This document shows, piece by piece, positions 8,570-18,212 of a stretch of DNA of 45,559 nucleotides; the first letter of the stretch is position 1, and every line of letters begins with the position of its first letter. Both the position numbers and the translations under genes were made by a program. The notes under the pieces were generated by a model. The model was not told the DNA's origin, made no database searches, and saw only the letters and a list, made by a program, of their open reading frames with translations. The stretch lies in the NCBI GenBank assembly GCA_020048935.1, contig JAIFLS010000012.1, positions 1 to 45,559 of the forward strand, written 5' to 3'. The DNA comes from a bacterium (GTDB lineage Bacteria > Verrucomicrobiota > Kiritimatiellia > UBA8416).

Positions 8570-11533
8570 TTGCAATCAGATCGCATCGTAAACGAGAAGG
8601 ACTCAGCCCTGGTTGCTGATAACGGCTATGTGGCCATTGTCAACGATGATCCGATTCAGTTGGTCGTGCTGGCTGGCTTAGTTGCTAAAATGGGCTTGCG
8701 TGCGGCGTGTTTCGCGGGTGCCGAGGAAGCGCTTGAAAGCATGAGCCTGACCGATCCGCCTTTACTGGTTGTGACGGATATCTATATGCCCTCGATCGAT
8801 GGCTGGCGCTTCTGCCGCCTCTTGAGATCCCCTGAATACGCCGGCTTTAACCGGGTCCCGATTCTCGTCGTGTCCGCGACGTTTTCCGGCGAGGAACAGG
8901 ATCGAATCGCTGCCGATGTGGGGGCTGAGGCATTTCTGCCTTGTCCAATTGATGGCGGGATGTTTATTGATACGGTATGGCTGCTTCTCAATGGGCGGCC
9001 CGTACGCCCTTGCCCGCATGTCCTGATTGTGGATGATGATCCTGAATTCTCCCGATTGATGGCGACGGGGTTCGGCGAACACGGCTATCGCGTTACGGAG
9101 GCGGCGACCTGCCGGTCGGCAAGGACGGTGTTTGAGAACGAGCATGTGGATGTCGCGTTGCTTGACATCGGCCTGCCCGACGGGCGGGGCGATGCGTTTC
9201 TGCGGCAGTCTCATGACGAGGGTGGTGACACGGTTTTCATCATCATCAGCGGGACGCCGCATCCTGATGACTACTTGACCTGGATGAAAAGCGGGGCGTC
9301 GGCCAGTCTGCAGAAACCCTTTACGGTTGCCTATCTGCTTGAGATTTGCGCCAGGGCGCGGCGGGAAAAATCGTTATTGCGGGTCGAGGCCTTGCTGGAA
9401 TTGCGCACACGTGAGCTGCTGGAACGCGAAAAGGAGCGAGAGAAGCTTCAGGCGCGACTGGTCCAGGCGCAGAAAATGGAGACGGTTGGCCGGTTGGCGG
9501 GTGGCGTTGCGCACGATTTCAACAATATGCTAGGGGTCATTCTCGGGAATACCGAACTGGCGATGGATTTTGTAGACGCCGCCGACCCGCTGTTTGACAA
9601 TCTCAAGGAAGTACGCAATGCGGCGGTGCGCTCGGCGGATATTACGCGGCAGTTGCTGACCTTCTCGCGCAAGCAAACCGTTGCTCCCGTCGCGGTTGAT
9701 CTCAATGCGCAGTTGGAAGGTATGCTCAAGATGCTGCGCCGCCTGGTGACCGAGGATGTTACGATCCGGTGGACGCCGGGTGGCCATCTGTGGTCGGTCC
9801 TGATTGATCCCTGTCAGGTTGACCAAATGCTCGCGAACCTTTGCGTTAACGCCCGTGATGCGATTGAGCGCCCGGGGGGCAGTATCACGATCGCAACCGA
9901 TAATGTGACGCTGGATCGCCGGTTCTGCGATTATCATGCCGGTTGTGCGCCCGGACGGTATGTGTGCATACATGTGGGCGATAATGGTTGCGGCATGACG
10001 GCTGAGGTGCTTGAACACGCGTTTGAACCGTTTTATACCACGAAGGAAGTGGGCGAGGGGACCGGCCTCGGGTTGGCGACGGTGTATGGCATTGTAAAAC
10101 AGAACCACGGGCATGTGACAATCGACAGTGCCCCCGGCAATGGGACGGACGTCCGTATTTACCTGCCGCAACATGCAGCGGCAGTCGCTGAAACCAAGTC
10201 TGAAGTCGAGTTGCCGATTCCATGCGGGCATGGTGAGACCATATTGGTTGTGGAGGACGAATCGGCAATCCTGTATCTTTGCGCCTTGCTGCTGAAGCGG
10301 CAGCGTTACAACGTGCTGGCCGCACCGGGGCCGGCCGATGCCATCCGTCTGGCGCGCGAGCCTGGTGTTGCTGTCGATGTACTGCTGACCGATGTGATCA
10401 TGCCGGGGATGAATGGGCGGGAATTGGAAGCGGAAGTGCGGCAGTTGCACCCCGGCATGAAAAGTATTTTCATGTCGGGCTACACGTCTGACATTATTGA
10501 CAAGCAGGGCATTATGAACGCCGGGACGCATTTCATCCAGAAGCCCTTTGTCGCGCGTGATCTGGCGCACAAGTTGCAGGATGTACTGGCGGCGGATGCG
10601 GGCCCCCCCCCCCTTCCGTCGGCATTGTTACGCGAACCGAGTGCGGATCGCGTGCCTGCCGCGTGTGCCGCTGGCGATGCACCGCGGTCTGACAAGCCGT
10701 TGTCCGCGCCGGATGCCCCCGTGCGGGACGCCGCCCGCGAGGGTGATACGGCGCATTTGCAGATTTCGCGAAACCTGCAGCAACAGCGTCGGATTGAATC
10801 CATCGGGCGGTTGGCCAGAGGGGTTGCGAACGATTGCAATAATTTAATCATGGTGATCCAGTGGTACGCGGAACAGGCATTGGAGCTTATACCTCCGTCT
10901 CATTCCGCCCGGCAGTGGTTGGGCAAGATCCTGAGTGCCGCGGGCGAGTCCGCGGAATTGACGCGTCAGATGTTGTCCCGCCAGATGCTTGAATTTTCCC
11001 GTGATCAGGCGGCGCAGCCGGAAGTTGTCGACCTGCGTGTCCTGGCGGACACGCTCAAGCTTCTACATCGCCTGCTTCCTGACACGATTTCTATTTCCAT
11101 GGATCCGGGGCATGCGGTATGGCCGGTCTTCATCGATTCGGGGCAGTTGGACCAAATCCTGTTTAATCTCTGCTTGAATGCGCAGGACGCGATTGGTGAG
11201 ACGGAGGGCGAGATCCGGGTCGGGATTGAGAACGATAAGGGTGGGGAGCGGCTCGCGCTCAGGGTTCCCGGTTTCACGGCTGGTGATTATGTGCGGCTGT
11301 ATGTTGGCGACAGCGGCTGCGGCATGGATACGAACGTGCTTAACCATCTTTTTGATCCCTTTTTCACGACAAAAAATGAACGTGCCGGTCTTGGGCTGAC
11401 CACGGTGTCCGGCATCGTCAAGCAGAATGAGGGATACATTCTGGCGTCCAGCGAAGTCGGGAAAGGGTCGCTGATCGAGATTTACCTGCCACGTTATATT
11501 GCCGGCGTTCATGGCGTGGAGCAAGCGACATAA
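8570..11533 (+). CDS. Multidomain sensor protein: REC-REC-HisKA-HATPase-REC-(degenerate HisKA)-HATPase
   Basis: The start is TTG 8570, with GGAGG at 8557-8561. The receivers are marked by VVTDIYMPSIDG, LLDIGLPDGRG and LLTDVIMPGMNG. Kinase core 1 reads GGVAHDFNNML / LANLCVNARDAI / DNGCGM / GTGLGLATVYG. Kinase core 2 reads RGVANDCNNLI / LFNLCLNAQDAI / DSGCGM / AGLGLTTVSG. Confidence 0.85.
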   Translation: MQSDRIVNEKDSALVADNGYVAIVNDDPIQLVVLAGLVAKMGLRAACFAGAEEALESMSLTDPPLLVVTDIYMPSIDGWRFCRLLRSPEYAGFNRVPILVVSATFSGEEQDRIAADVGAEAFLPCPIDGGMFIDTVWLLLNGRPVRPCPHVLIVDDDPEFSRLMATGFGEHGYRVTEAATCRSARTVFENEHVDVALLDIGLPDGRGDAFLRQSHDEGGDTVFIIISGTPHPDDYLTWMKSGASASLQKPFTVAYLLEICARARREKSLLRVEALLELRTRELLEREKEREKLQARLVQAQKMETVGRLAGGVAHDFNNMLGVILGNTELAMDFVDAADPLFDNLKEVRNAAVRSADITRQLLTFSRKQTVAPVAVDLNAQLEGMLKMLRRLVTEDVTIRWTPGGHLWSVLIDPCQVDQMLANLCVNARDAIERPGGSITIATDNVTLDRRFCDYHAGCAPGRYVCIHVGDNGCGMTAEVLEHAFEPFYTTKEVGEGTGLGLATVYGIVKQNHGHVTIDSAPGNGTDVRIYLPQHAAAVAETKSEVELPIPCGHGETILVVEDESAILYLCALLLKRQRYNVLAAPGPADAIRLAREPGVAVDVLLTDVIMPGMNGRELEAEVRQLHPGMKSIFMSGYTSDIIDKQGIMNAGTHFIQKPFVARDLAHKLQDVLAADAGPPPLPSALLREPSADRVPAACAAGDAPRSDKPLSAPDAPVRDAAREGDTAHLQISRNLQQQRRIESIGRLARGVANDCNNLIMVIQWYAEQALELIPPSHSARQWLGKILSAAGESAELTRQMLSRQMLEFSRDQAAQPEVVDLRVLADTLKLLHRLLPDTISISMDPGHAVWPVFIDSGQLDQILFNLCLNAQDAIGETEGEIRVGIENDKGGERLALRVPGFTAGDYVRLYVGDSGCGMDTNVLNHLFDPFFTTKNERAGLGLTTVSGIVKQNEGYILASSEVGKGSLIEIYLPRYIAGVHGVEQAT
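10603..10613 (+). repeat. Poly-C(11) homopolymer inside the coding sequence (GPPPL)
   Basis: Counted directly: ggc ccc ccc ccc ctt gives C at positions 10603-10613. It lies in the linker between the third receiver and the second kinase module. Confidence 0.9.
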
Positions 11534-11558
11534 TGGGAGTTGGTGATGGGGGCGTGCC

Positions 11559-11909
11559 ATGCATGATGTGCAGATCGATCAGCTTCGCGTGGGTGATGTG
11601 GTTGCCGGCGATGTGCGCGATGTGTCGGGGAAAGTGCTTGTTCGTAAAGGCCTGGTCCTGACGGCCCGGTATTTGCGCGCACTACGGATGTGGGGGACGG
11701 AAACCGTTGCGATTGATGGCGAGGATCAATCCGCCCCGGCGCCAGCGGTGACGATTTCGCCGGCGGAGGAGGCGCAGGCACGGTCAGTGCTTGAACGGCG
11801 GTTCCTGCTTGCTCCGGTAACGCATCCGGCGATGGCCCGCCTTTTTGAGCTCAGCTTGAAACGGCAATTTCTGGCATGGCATGCCGAGGCGGGACATCAT
11901 GAAATTTGA
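11559..11909 (+). CDS. Small hypothetical protein (116 aa)
   Basis: The ORF is in operon context, 25 bp after the upstream stop, and it overlaps the HDOD start by 11 bp. The N-terminus IDQLRVGDVVAGDVRDVSGKVLVRKGLVLT...LRMWGTETVAID is vaguely like the N-terminal region seen on some HD-GYP/HDOD-associated proteins, from memory only. Confidence 0.45.
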   Translation: MHDVQIDQLRVGDVVAGDVRDVSGKVLVRKGLVLTARYLRALRMWGTETVAIDGEDQSAPAPAVTISPAEEAQARSVLERRFLLAPVTHPAMARLFELSLKRQFLAWHAEAGHHEI

Positions 11910-12756
11910 ATCGGCTGACGACCTTGTTGCCAACGTGCAGACGATCCCTTCCCTGCCGGCGGTGTTTGACCGGATTAATAAGGTTGCCAACCAGCCCTCG
12001 GCCGCGCTTATGGATGTGGCGGGGGTTATCAGTGAGGATGTCGGACTGAGTTCACGACTATTGAAGCTGGTTAATAGTGCCTATTTCGGTTTTCCCTCGC
12101 GTATTGAAAGCGTGACGAAAGCATGTGTGATCGTGGGCACGCGGCAAATCCGCCAACTTGCATTGGCGACGTCGGTTGTCAACGTCTTCAAATCCGTGCC
12201 GCCGGATATTCTGAATATGCAGATGTTCTGGCGGCACAGCGTCGGATGCGCCATGGCCGCCCGCACCGTGGCGATGATCGGGGGTGCCCAGGATGTTGAG
12301 AGCCATTTCGTGCTGGGGCTGCTTCACGATGTCGGACGGCTGGTCATGTTACAGACGATGCCGGATGAGACCGCGCGTGTCATCCGTGAGTCATACGACG
12401 CGAATTGCCTGACACATGACCTGGAGCGGCGCCGGTTCGGATTCACGCATGCGGATGTGGGCAGTGCGCTCTTGAAACGCTGGGGGCTGCCCCCGGTTGT
12501 GGTGGAGGCGGTAGGCCGGCATCATACGCCGGTTGAGGCGCCGTGCAACCAGCACGAGGCGGCTTGCGTCCATTATTGTGATATTGTGGTGCATGCACTG
12601 GGTATCGGCCAAAGCGGGAATCCGATGGTACCGCCGATGGATGAAACCGCCTGGGATGTGCTTGGTCTTGAACCCGAGGCTGCCGATGCGGTGGTTGCGC
12701 AGCTTGACACGCAGATTGAGGAGCTTGCCGACCAGTTTTGCGGGGGTGCGCAGTGA
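11899..12756 (+). CDS. HDOD-domain protein (paralogue 2 of 4)
   Basis: Motifs are [54 protein letters not shown] and [14 protein letters not shown] 11899 is preferred over the track start 11881. Confidence 0.85.
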   Translation: MKFESADDLVANVQTIPSLPAVFDRINKVANQPSAALMDVAGVISEDVGLSSRLLKLVNSAYFGFPSRIESVTKACVIVGTRQIRQLALATSVVNVFKSVPPDILNMQMFWRHSVGCAMAARTVAMIGGAQDVESHFVLGLLHDVGRLVMLQTMPDETARVIRESYDANCLTHDLERRRFGFTHADVGSALLKRWGLPPVVVEAVGRHHTPVEAPCNQHEAACVHYCDIVVHALGIGQSGNPMVPPMDETAWDVLGLEPEAADAVVAQLDTQIEELADQFCGGAQ

Positions 12757-15038
12757 GCCCCTCCGGCCACCCTGATTACCGTCTTGAGAATCATGACGCG
12801 GGACGGGAATCCGTCGGGGATAGCGGTACGCTCTGGACACTGGATGCCTTGAGTATCGTGCAATCCTTTGTCGGCGCCCCGGGCGGCGGGACGCTGCGGG
12901 GGAATCCTGCCTTAGCGGAAATCTACGCCGAGGGGGCCGTGCATATTCGCGCATTGCTTCCCGATATCGCTGAATTCGGGATCATGCTGCTTGATGCGTC
13001 GCATCTGGATATGACGTTTGCATTTTGCGACCCGGAATCCTCGCGAGCACGCTTGCAGGCCGAGGTCGATGCCCAGATTGATGCCGGGATTGTGGGCTGG
13101 GCGCTTCGGCAAGGACAGCTTTGCATTACGCCGTCGCTGGTGGTGCCGGACCGGCATGTGATCCTGCGTCTACTGGCAACACGATTTGATCGGCTTGGAA
13201 TGTTTGTGGGGATCATCCGTGAGGACCCGCTGGCAGCATCCCCGATCGTTGGCGAATTGCTGGCGCTTTTGCTGACCGGGTTGTCGACGGCGATCGAAAG
13301 CTGCAAGCTGCAGGATCAGTTGCTGGCGGCGAATCGTGATCTTGAGAACCGGATTGCGGAACGGACGTCCGAGCTGGTGGAGGAAACCCGTCGGGCAAAC
13401 GATCTGGCTAGTCGCGCGGATGCCGCTAATATTGCCAAGAGTGAGTTCCTGGCCAACATGAGTCATGAGATCCGGACGCCGTTGAATGGTGTGACCGGCA
13501 TGGTCGCGATGTTACGGGATTCTCCACTGTCGGAAGCGCAGCGCCAATATGCCGAGGTTGCCAATTCAAGTGCGCAATCATTACTGGAAGTATTGAATGG
13601 GATTCTTGACTTATCGAAAATCGAGTCCGGGAAGTTGACCCTGGATATCGAGAATGTCAACCTTCACGGTCTGCTGGATGGCGTGCGAAAAATTTACGCG
13701 ATGCGTGCCGTTACTAAAAACCTTGGCTTTCGTTGCGAAATTGATCGGGGTGTCCCTGCCGGTGTGCGCTGCGATCCTGTACGTTTACGCCAGGTGCTGA
13801 TGAATTTGCTCGACAATGCCGTCAAATTCACGAAACAAGGCGAAGTCAGTTTACGGGTTTCCGTGGTCCGCGATCACGACGATGGCGGACCCTCTGGTGC
13901 AGATGCCGTCTGCCTTCGTTTTTCGGTCTGCGATTCGGGGATTGGCATTCCGGCCGACAAGCAGCATTTGTTATTCCAGAAATTCTCGCAGGTGGATGGG
14001 TCCGTGTCGCGGCGGTTTGGCGGGACAGGGCTCGGGTTGGCGATCTCCTACCAGCTTGTCGAGATGATGGGCGGGAAGTTCGAGGTCCAGAGCGAGGTTG
14101 GCAAGGGCACCGAATTCAGTTTTACGGCTTGCTTTGTATGCGTAGGCGCGCATGAACTGCCTATCGCCGGTTTTGGTGCGAGTGGCGTTCCTGGGGCAAC
14201 GCCCGACTTCAGGGGCAACGACGTGCATGTGCTGTTGGTGGAGGATAACCTCACGAATCAGCAGGTGGCTTGCGGCATGCTACAGAAAATGGGGATTATT
14301 GCGGACGTTGCCAGCAATGGGGCTGAGGCTCTCAACAGGGTTCGGAGTCGCGCATACGATCTGGTGTTGATGGATTGCCAGATGCCGGTCATGGATGGCA
14401 TGACCGCCACCCGTTCTCTTCGGTCCATGCAGCCATCCGCTACGCAACCCCTGGCCACTTTGCCATCGGTTCCCGTCGTGGCGATGACGGCGCATGCATT
14501 ACAAGGCGACCGTGAAATCTGCATCGCTGCCGGCATGAACGATTATCTTGCCAAGCCGGTGGCCACGGATGCGCTTGGGGCGATTCTGAATAAATGGCTG
14601 CCGGTGCACAAGCGTGCAAGCCAGTATGTTGCCGTACCCCCCTTCACGGCCGGGAATCAAACCGCCGATGCATCAGCGCGCAGCACGCCATGTGCAGTAT
14701 GGAATCAAGCGGAAATGCGAAAGAGGCTGCTTGGGGATGATGACCTTATCGCTCGCGTCCTCAATGACTACCTTAAACAGGTGCCTGGGCAGTTAAGCGC
14801 ATTGCGCGATTCGCTCTTGAAGGCAGAGCGGCAGGAGTTGAAGCGGATGGCGCACACGTTGAAGGGCTCCTCTGCCAGTGTCGGTGCGGACGTGTTGAGC
14901 GCGGCGGCATTCAAAGTCGAGCAGGCCGCACAAGCTTTTGATGCGGATTTCCTGACGGCGCAGATGGATGTGCTCGATCAGGAATTTGCGCGACTTAAAG
15001 AGGTCATGGCATTGGGTGGTGCCGTTTGTACTTGCTAA
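12738..15038 (+). CDS. Tripartite hybrid sensor kinase (N-terminal GAF-like sensor, HisKA, HATPase, REC, HPt)
   Basis: The H-box is [16 protein letters not shown]. The ATPase boxes are [15 protein letters not shown] and [10 protein letters not shown]. The REC part reads VLLVEDN ... [11 protein letters not shown] ... YLAKPV. The C-terminal HPt reads [14 protein letters not shown]. The start is TTG 12738 or GTG 12753 (GTGA overlap with the HDOD stop). The sensor-domain call is weak. Confidence 0.85.
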   Translation: MRGCAVSPSGHPDYRLENHDAGRESVGDSGTLWTLDALSIVQSFVGAPGGGTLRGNPALAEIYAEGAVHIRALLPDIAEFGIMLLDASHLDMTFAFCDPESSRARLQAEVDAQIDAGIVGWALRQGQLCITPSLVVPDRHVILRLLATRFDRLGMFVGIIREDPLAASPIVGELLALLLTGLSTAIESCKLQDQLLAANRDLENRIAERTSELVEETRRANDLASRADAANIAKSEFLANMSHEIRTPLNGVTGMVAMLRDSPLSEAQRQYAEVANSSAQSLLEVLNGILDLSKIESGKLTLDIENVNLHGLLDGVRKIYAMRAVTKNLGFRCEIDRGVPAGVRCDPVRLRQVLMNLLDNAVKFTKQGEVSLRVSVVRDHDDGGPSGADAVCLRFSVCDSGIGIPADKQHLLFQKFSQVDGSVSRRFGGTGLGLAISYQLVEMMGGKFEVQSEVGKGTEFSFTACFVCVGAHELPIAGFGASGVPGATPDFRGNDVHVLLVEDNLTNQQVACGMLQKMGIIADVASNGAEALNRVRSRAYDLVLMDCQMPVMDGMTATRSLRSMQPSATQPLATLPSVPVVAMTAHALQGDREICIAAGMNDYLAKPVATDALGAILNKWLPVHKRASQYVAVPPFTAGNQTADASARSTPCAVWNQAEMRKRLLGDDDLIARVLNDYLKQVPGQLSALRDSLLKAERQELKRMAHTLKGSSASVGADVLSAAAFKVEQAAQAFDADFLTAQMDVLDQEFARLKEVMALGGAVCTC

Positions 15039-15066
15039 GATAACACTTCAACCGTAGGATTCCCGG

Positions 15067-17676
15067 ATGCACTCAAATACTGTCACGCTTGATGATATCC
15101 GCGAGTGGGCTGGCCAAGCAGCGGGTGAGTTCATGCTCCTCGGTCCCTCGGATTTGCAGGGGCTTGCGCGCCTGGTCAAATCCCTGCAACAAAAAGCCTC
15201 TGAGTGTGCCGTTGCTGAGAATGCTGAGAATGTGCGCGCTTATGCCGATTCGCTGCTCAGAGCATCGGGAACGCTCAAGGCAATCATATTGAATGAGGCT
15301 CCTGATAAGGAGGCTGCCTTGGACACGGTTGCCGGTGTGCTTGATCAGGGGCAATCGCTTGGGTTGCATCCGGAGCGGGGCGGTCGCGCCAAACAGGACC
15401 CTGCGGTTTCGCAGGATGCGGCGACGGACACCACTGCCTCCGCCGCAACGAAAGGCGAATATGCGCCCTGGGTGGATGATGAGATTGTCGCCGCGTATGT
15501 CGAGCAGCAGGTGGCGGTGTTGCCTGAGATGGAGCAGCAGATCCTTGCCTATGAATCGCAACCGGATCCGGCCTTGGTTTCGGCGCTGCGACGCACGATT
15601 CATACCCTGAAGGGAGAGTCGGGGGTCGTCGGCGCCATGAATGTCGAAAAGGCTTGTCATCGGCTCGAGGATTACCTGAATGAGTCGACGATCGCGATGG
15701 CGACCGACGTGCTGCTGGCGGCGATCGACTGGATCGGTAATGCCGTGCGTTCGTTTGGCACCAGCGGGGAACAGGTTGATCCAGCCCCCGTCCTTGCCTT
15801 GTTCGAGGGGAATGATTCGTTGCAGAAGGGGAACGACGAACCGGAGGGCGAAGCCGTCGTCCCGACCGCGACCGTCCCGATGGATGCCCCCGTGTCGAAA
15901 GCGCCCGCCACCACGGTTCCTATTTCCGACCGCGACCTGGCCAATGATTTCGTGACTGAATCCCAGGAACATTTTGAAGCTGCCGATGAGAATCTGCTAG
16001 TTCTCGAGAAAGACCCGACCAATAAGGAATCGATCGGGGCTGTTTTCAGGGCGTTCCATACCATCAAGGGGGTTTCCGGCTTTCTCGGGTTAACACCTGT
16101 CGGGGAGCTTGCGCATGCGGCGGAAACGTTGCTCGATGAGATTCGCAAAGGCAAGCATTCATTTAAGGGGGGGGCCGTTGAAGCCACATTTAACGCGCTT
16201 GATCTTTTAAAGGTTATGATTGGTGATTTGCACGTTGCGTTGGAAAAGAATACGGATTTTCCCGTACGCCCGGAGGTCGAGTCTAGTATCAAGGTGCTTC
16301 GGGCGATTACTGAACGGAAAGAGCCTGATATGCCTGATGCTGGCTTGCCGCCCGCCGTGGTGCCGGTCGCGGAACCTGTCGCCATAAAACCAACCGTGGA
16401 GCGAGGACAGCCTGTATCGACTGAAGCGACTGCGCCGAAGGCACCGGAACACAAGCACAAGCCTGCTGCTGAAACCAAGGCGGCAGGGGATGCTGCCGCC
16501 AAGGCCACGGGGGAAGCGGGCGGCACGATGAAGGTGGATGCGAGCCGGATCGACCTGCTGCTGGACACGATTGGTGAACTGGTGATTGCGGAGGCGATTG
16601 TGGCTGGCGATCCGGATATCCAGGCCATCAAATCGCTGAGGCTTGAGAAGAATCTTGCATTGCTTGGCAAGATTACGCGGTCCCTGCAGGATATGGGAAT
16701 GTCGATGCGTCTCGTTCCGATTGACCCTGTTTTCCGGAAAATGGCCCGTCTGGTGCGTGATCTTTCGCATAAGTCAGGGAAGAAAGTTGATCTTAAGATC
16801 GAAGGTGGTGAGACTGAGATTGACAAAAGCATGGTCGACAAGCTTGGCGATCCGCTTGTTCATATGATTCGGAACTCAATGGATCATGGTCTTGAATCTT
16901 CGGAGGATCGTTTGGCGGCTGGAAAGCCCGAGGTCGGTGTAATTACGTTGCGGGCGTATCATAAGGGTGGCAGCATACAAATCGATATCGAGGATAATGG
17001 CCGTGGCTTGAATCGCGAGGCGATTGTGAACAAGGCCATTGAGAGGAATCTGATCCGCAGTGGCGAGGGAATGTCGGATCAGGAAATCTTCGCTCTCATT
17101 TTCGAGCCTGGCTTCTCGACTGCAGCCAAAATCACAGAAATATCGGGACGCGGGGTTGGTATGGATGTGGTTAGGCGCAATGTCGAGTCACTCCGTGGTA
17201 ATGTCATCATCCGGTCAACGCCCGGAGAGGGTTCTGTTTTCACTCTAGCGCTACCGCTGACAACAGCCATCATTGATGGATTGCTTGCCAGGGTCGGTGC
17301 GGAGATCTTTATCCTGCCAACGCTCTCGGTTCTGGAATCCTTCCGCCCCTTGGATGGCCAGATCCACCCAGTGGGAGGGCAGGGTGAGGTTGTGTCATTT
17401 CGTGATATGCTACTTCCGCTTTACCGTTTGTCCGCGATTCTTAATGTGCCGAATGCCCATTCCGATCCTTGCCAAGCGATTATCATGGTGATTGAAGATT
17501 CCGGCAGATACTGGGGCTTGATGGTTGATGAGTTGCTTGGTCAGCAACAAGTGGTCATCAAAAGTATCGGGGACGGGGTTGGTGTGGTGCCTGGCATTGC
17601 CGGCGCCAGTATCCTGGCCGATGGACGTCCAGGACTGATTCTTGACACAGCCGGCATCATTCGTTTGGTTTCGTAG
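15067..17676 (+). CDS. cheA: Second CheA-type histidine kinase, again with two HPt (P1) domains
   Basis: The HPt motifs are TIHTLKGESGVVGA (His codon 15601-15603) and AFHTIKGVSGFLGL (His codon 16057-16059). Further motifs are MKVDASRIDLLLDTIGELVI, HMIRNSMDHGLE, DNGRGL and GRGVGMDVV. A CheW-like C-terminus is present. Confidence 0.93.
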   Translation: MHSNTVTLDDIREWAGQAAGEFMLLGPSDLQGLARLVKSLQQKASECAVAENAENVRAYADSLLRASGTLKAIILNEAPDKEAALDTVAGVLDQGQSLGLHPERGGRAKQDPAVSQDAATDTTASAATKGEYAPWVDDEIVAAYVEQQVAVLPEMEQQILAYESQPDPALVSALRRTIHTLKGESGVVGAMNVEKACHRLEDYLNESTIAMATDVLLAAIDWIGNAVRSFGTSGEQVDPAPVLALFEGNDSLQKGNDEPEGEAVVPTATVPMDAPVSKAPATTVPISDRDLANDFVTESQEHFEAADENLLVLEKDPTNKESIGAVFRAFHTIKGVSGFLGLTPVGELAHAAETLLDEIRKGKHSFKGGAVEATFNALDLLKVMIGDLHVALEKNTDFPVRPEVESSIKVLRAITERKEPDMPDAGLPPAVVPVAEPVAIKPTVERGQPVSTEATAPKAPEHKHKPAAETKAAGDAAAKATGEAGGTMKVDASRIDLLLDTIGELVIAEAIVAGDPDIQAIKSLRLEKNLALLGKITRSLQDMGMSMRLVPIDPVFRKMARLVRDLSHKSGKKVDLKIEGGETEIDKSMVDKLGDPLVHMIRNSMDHGLESSEDRLAAGKPEVGVITLRAYHKGGSIQIDIEDNGRGLNREAIVNKAIERNLIRSGEGMSDQEIFALIFEPGFSTAAKITEISGRGVGMDVVRRNVESLRGNVIIRSTPGEGSVFTLALPLTTAIIDGLLARVGAEIFILPTLSVLESFRPLDGQIHPVGGQGEVVSFRDMLLPLYRLSAILNVPNAHSDPCQAIIMVIEDSGRYWGLMVDELLGQQQVVIKSIGDGVGVVPGIAGASILADGRPGLILDTAGIIRLVS

Positions 17677-17723
17677 ACAGCAAACGGAGCGGCAGGAACG
17701 CACACGAGATATAAGGTTCAGGT

Positions 17724-18212
17724 ATGCGAATTATAAAGGATCCCGTATTGGACGGGTGGGAATTGGCCGAGAGTGACGAGGACACACGGATCCTGCCAAG
17801 CGGGCCCTTTGTGCCATGCAAGCCGGATCGCATTCTGGTTGTGGATGACGAACAGTCAGTGCGCAGTGCCACGATACGGATACTCCGGCAGGAACTGGGC
17901 GGTGCTTATGCGTATGACGAAGCGATAAACGGCCAGGATGCGGTCACGGTGTTCATGCGCGAGCATCATAAGGTGATTCTGCTGGATTTATTGATGCCGG
18001 TCCTGGGTGGCAAGCAGGCGGCGCATCAGATTCTTGATTTATGTGCGGAGTCGCAATGGGAGACACCCGCGATTATCTTTCGTACCGGCTATGCTCCGCC
18101 GGGGGATGTCCGGAATCTCGTTGCCTGCGATCCGGCCCATTGCCTGTTGCGCAAACCGGTGCGCAATCAAACGCTGGTCAGGGCCGTGCGGGGACGACTG
18201 GGACAGGATTGA
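17724..18212 (+). CDS. Response regulator receiver protein with a ~35-aa N-terminal extension
   Basis: ILVVDDEQSVRS ... ILLDLLMPVLGG ... FRTGY ... LLRKPV are receiver motifs. Confidence 0.75.
   Translation: MRIIKDPVLDGWELAESDEDTRILPSGPFVPCKPDRILVVDDEQSVRSATIRILRQELGGAYAYDEAINGQDAVTVFMREHHKVILLDLLMPVLGGKQAAHQILDLCAESQWETPAIIFRTGYAPPGDVRNLVACDPAHCLLRKPVRNQTLVRAVRGRLGQD

Noticed and set aside
15672-16841. A 389-aa ORF antisense to cheA2. Similar long shadow ORFs occur at 15073-15972(-), 9530-10570(-), 4408-5106(-), 19582-20286(+), 35662-36366(-) and 38364-39167(-).
   Set aside because: Each lies entirely inside, and antisense or out of frame to, a gene with unambiguous conserved motifs. The translations are Ser/Arg/Pro/Ala-rich low-complexity sequence, typical of stop-codon-poor alternative frames in high-GC DNA. 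They have no RBS or domain signal.
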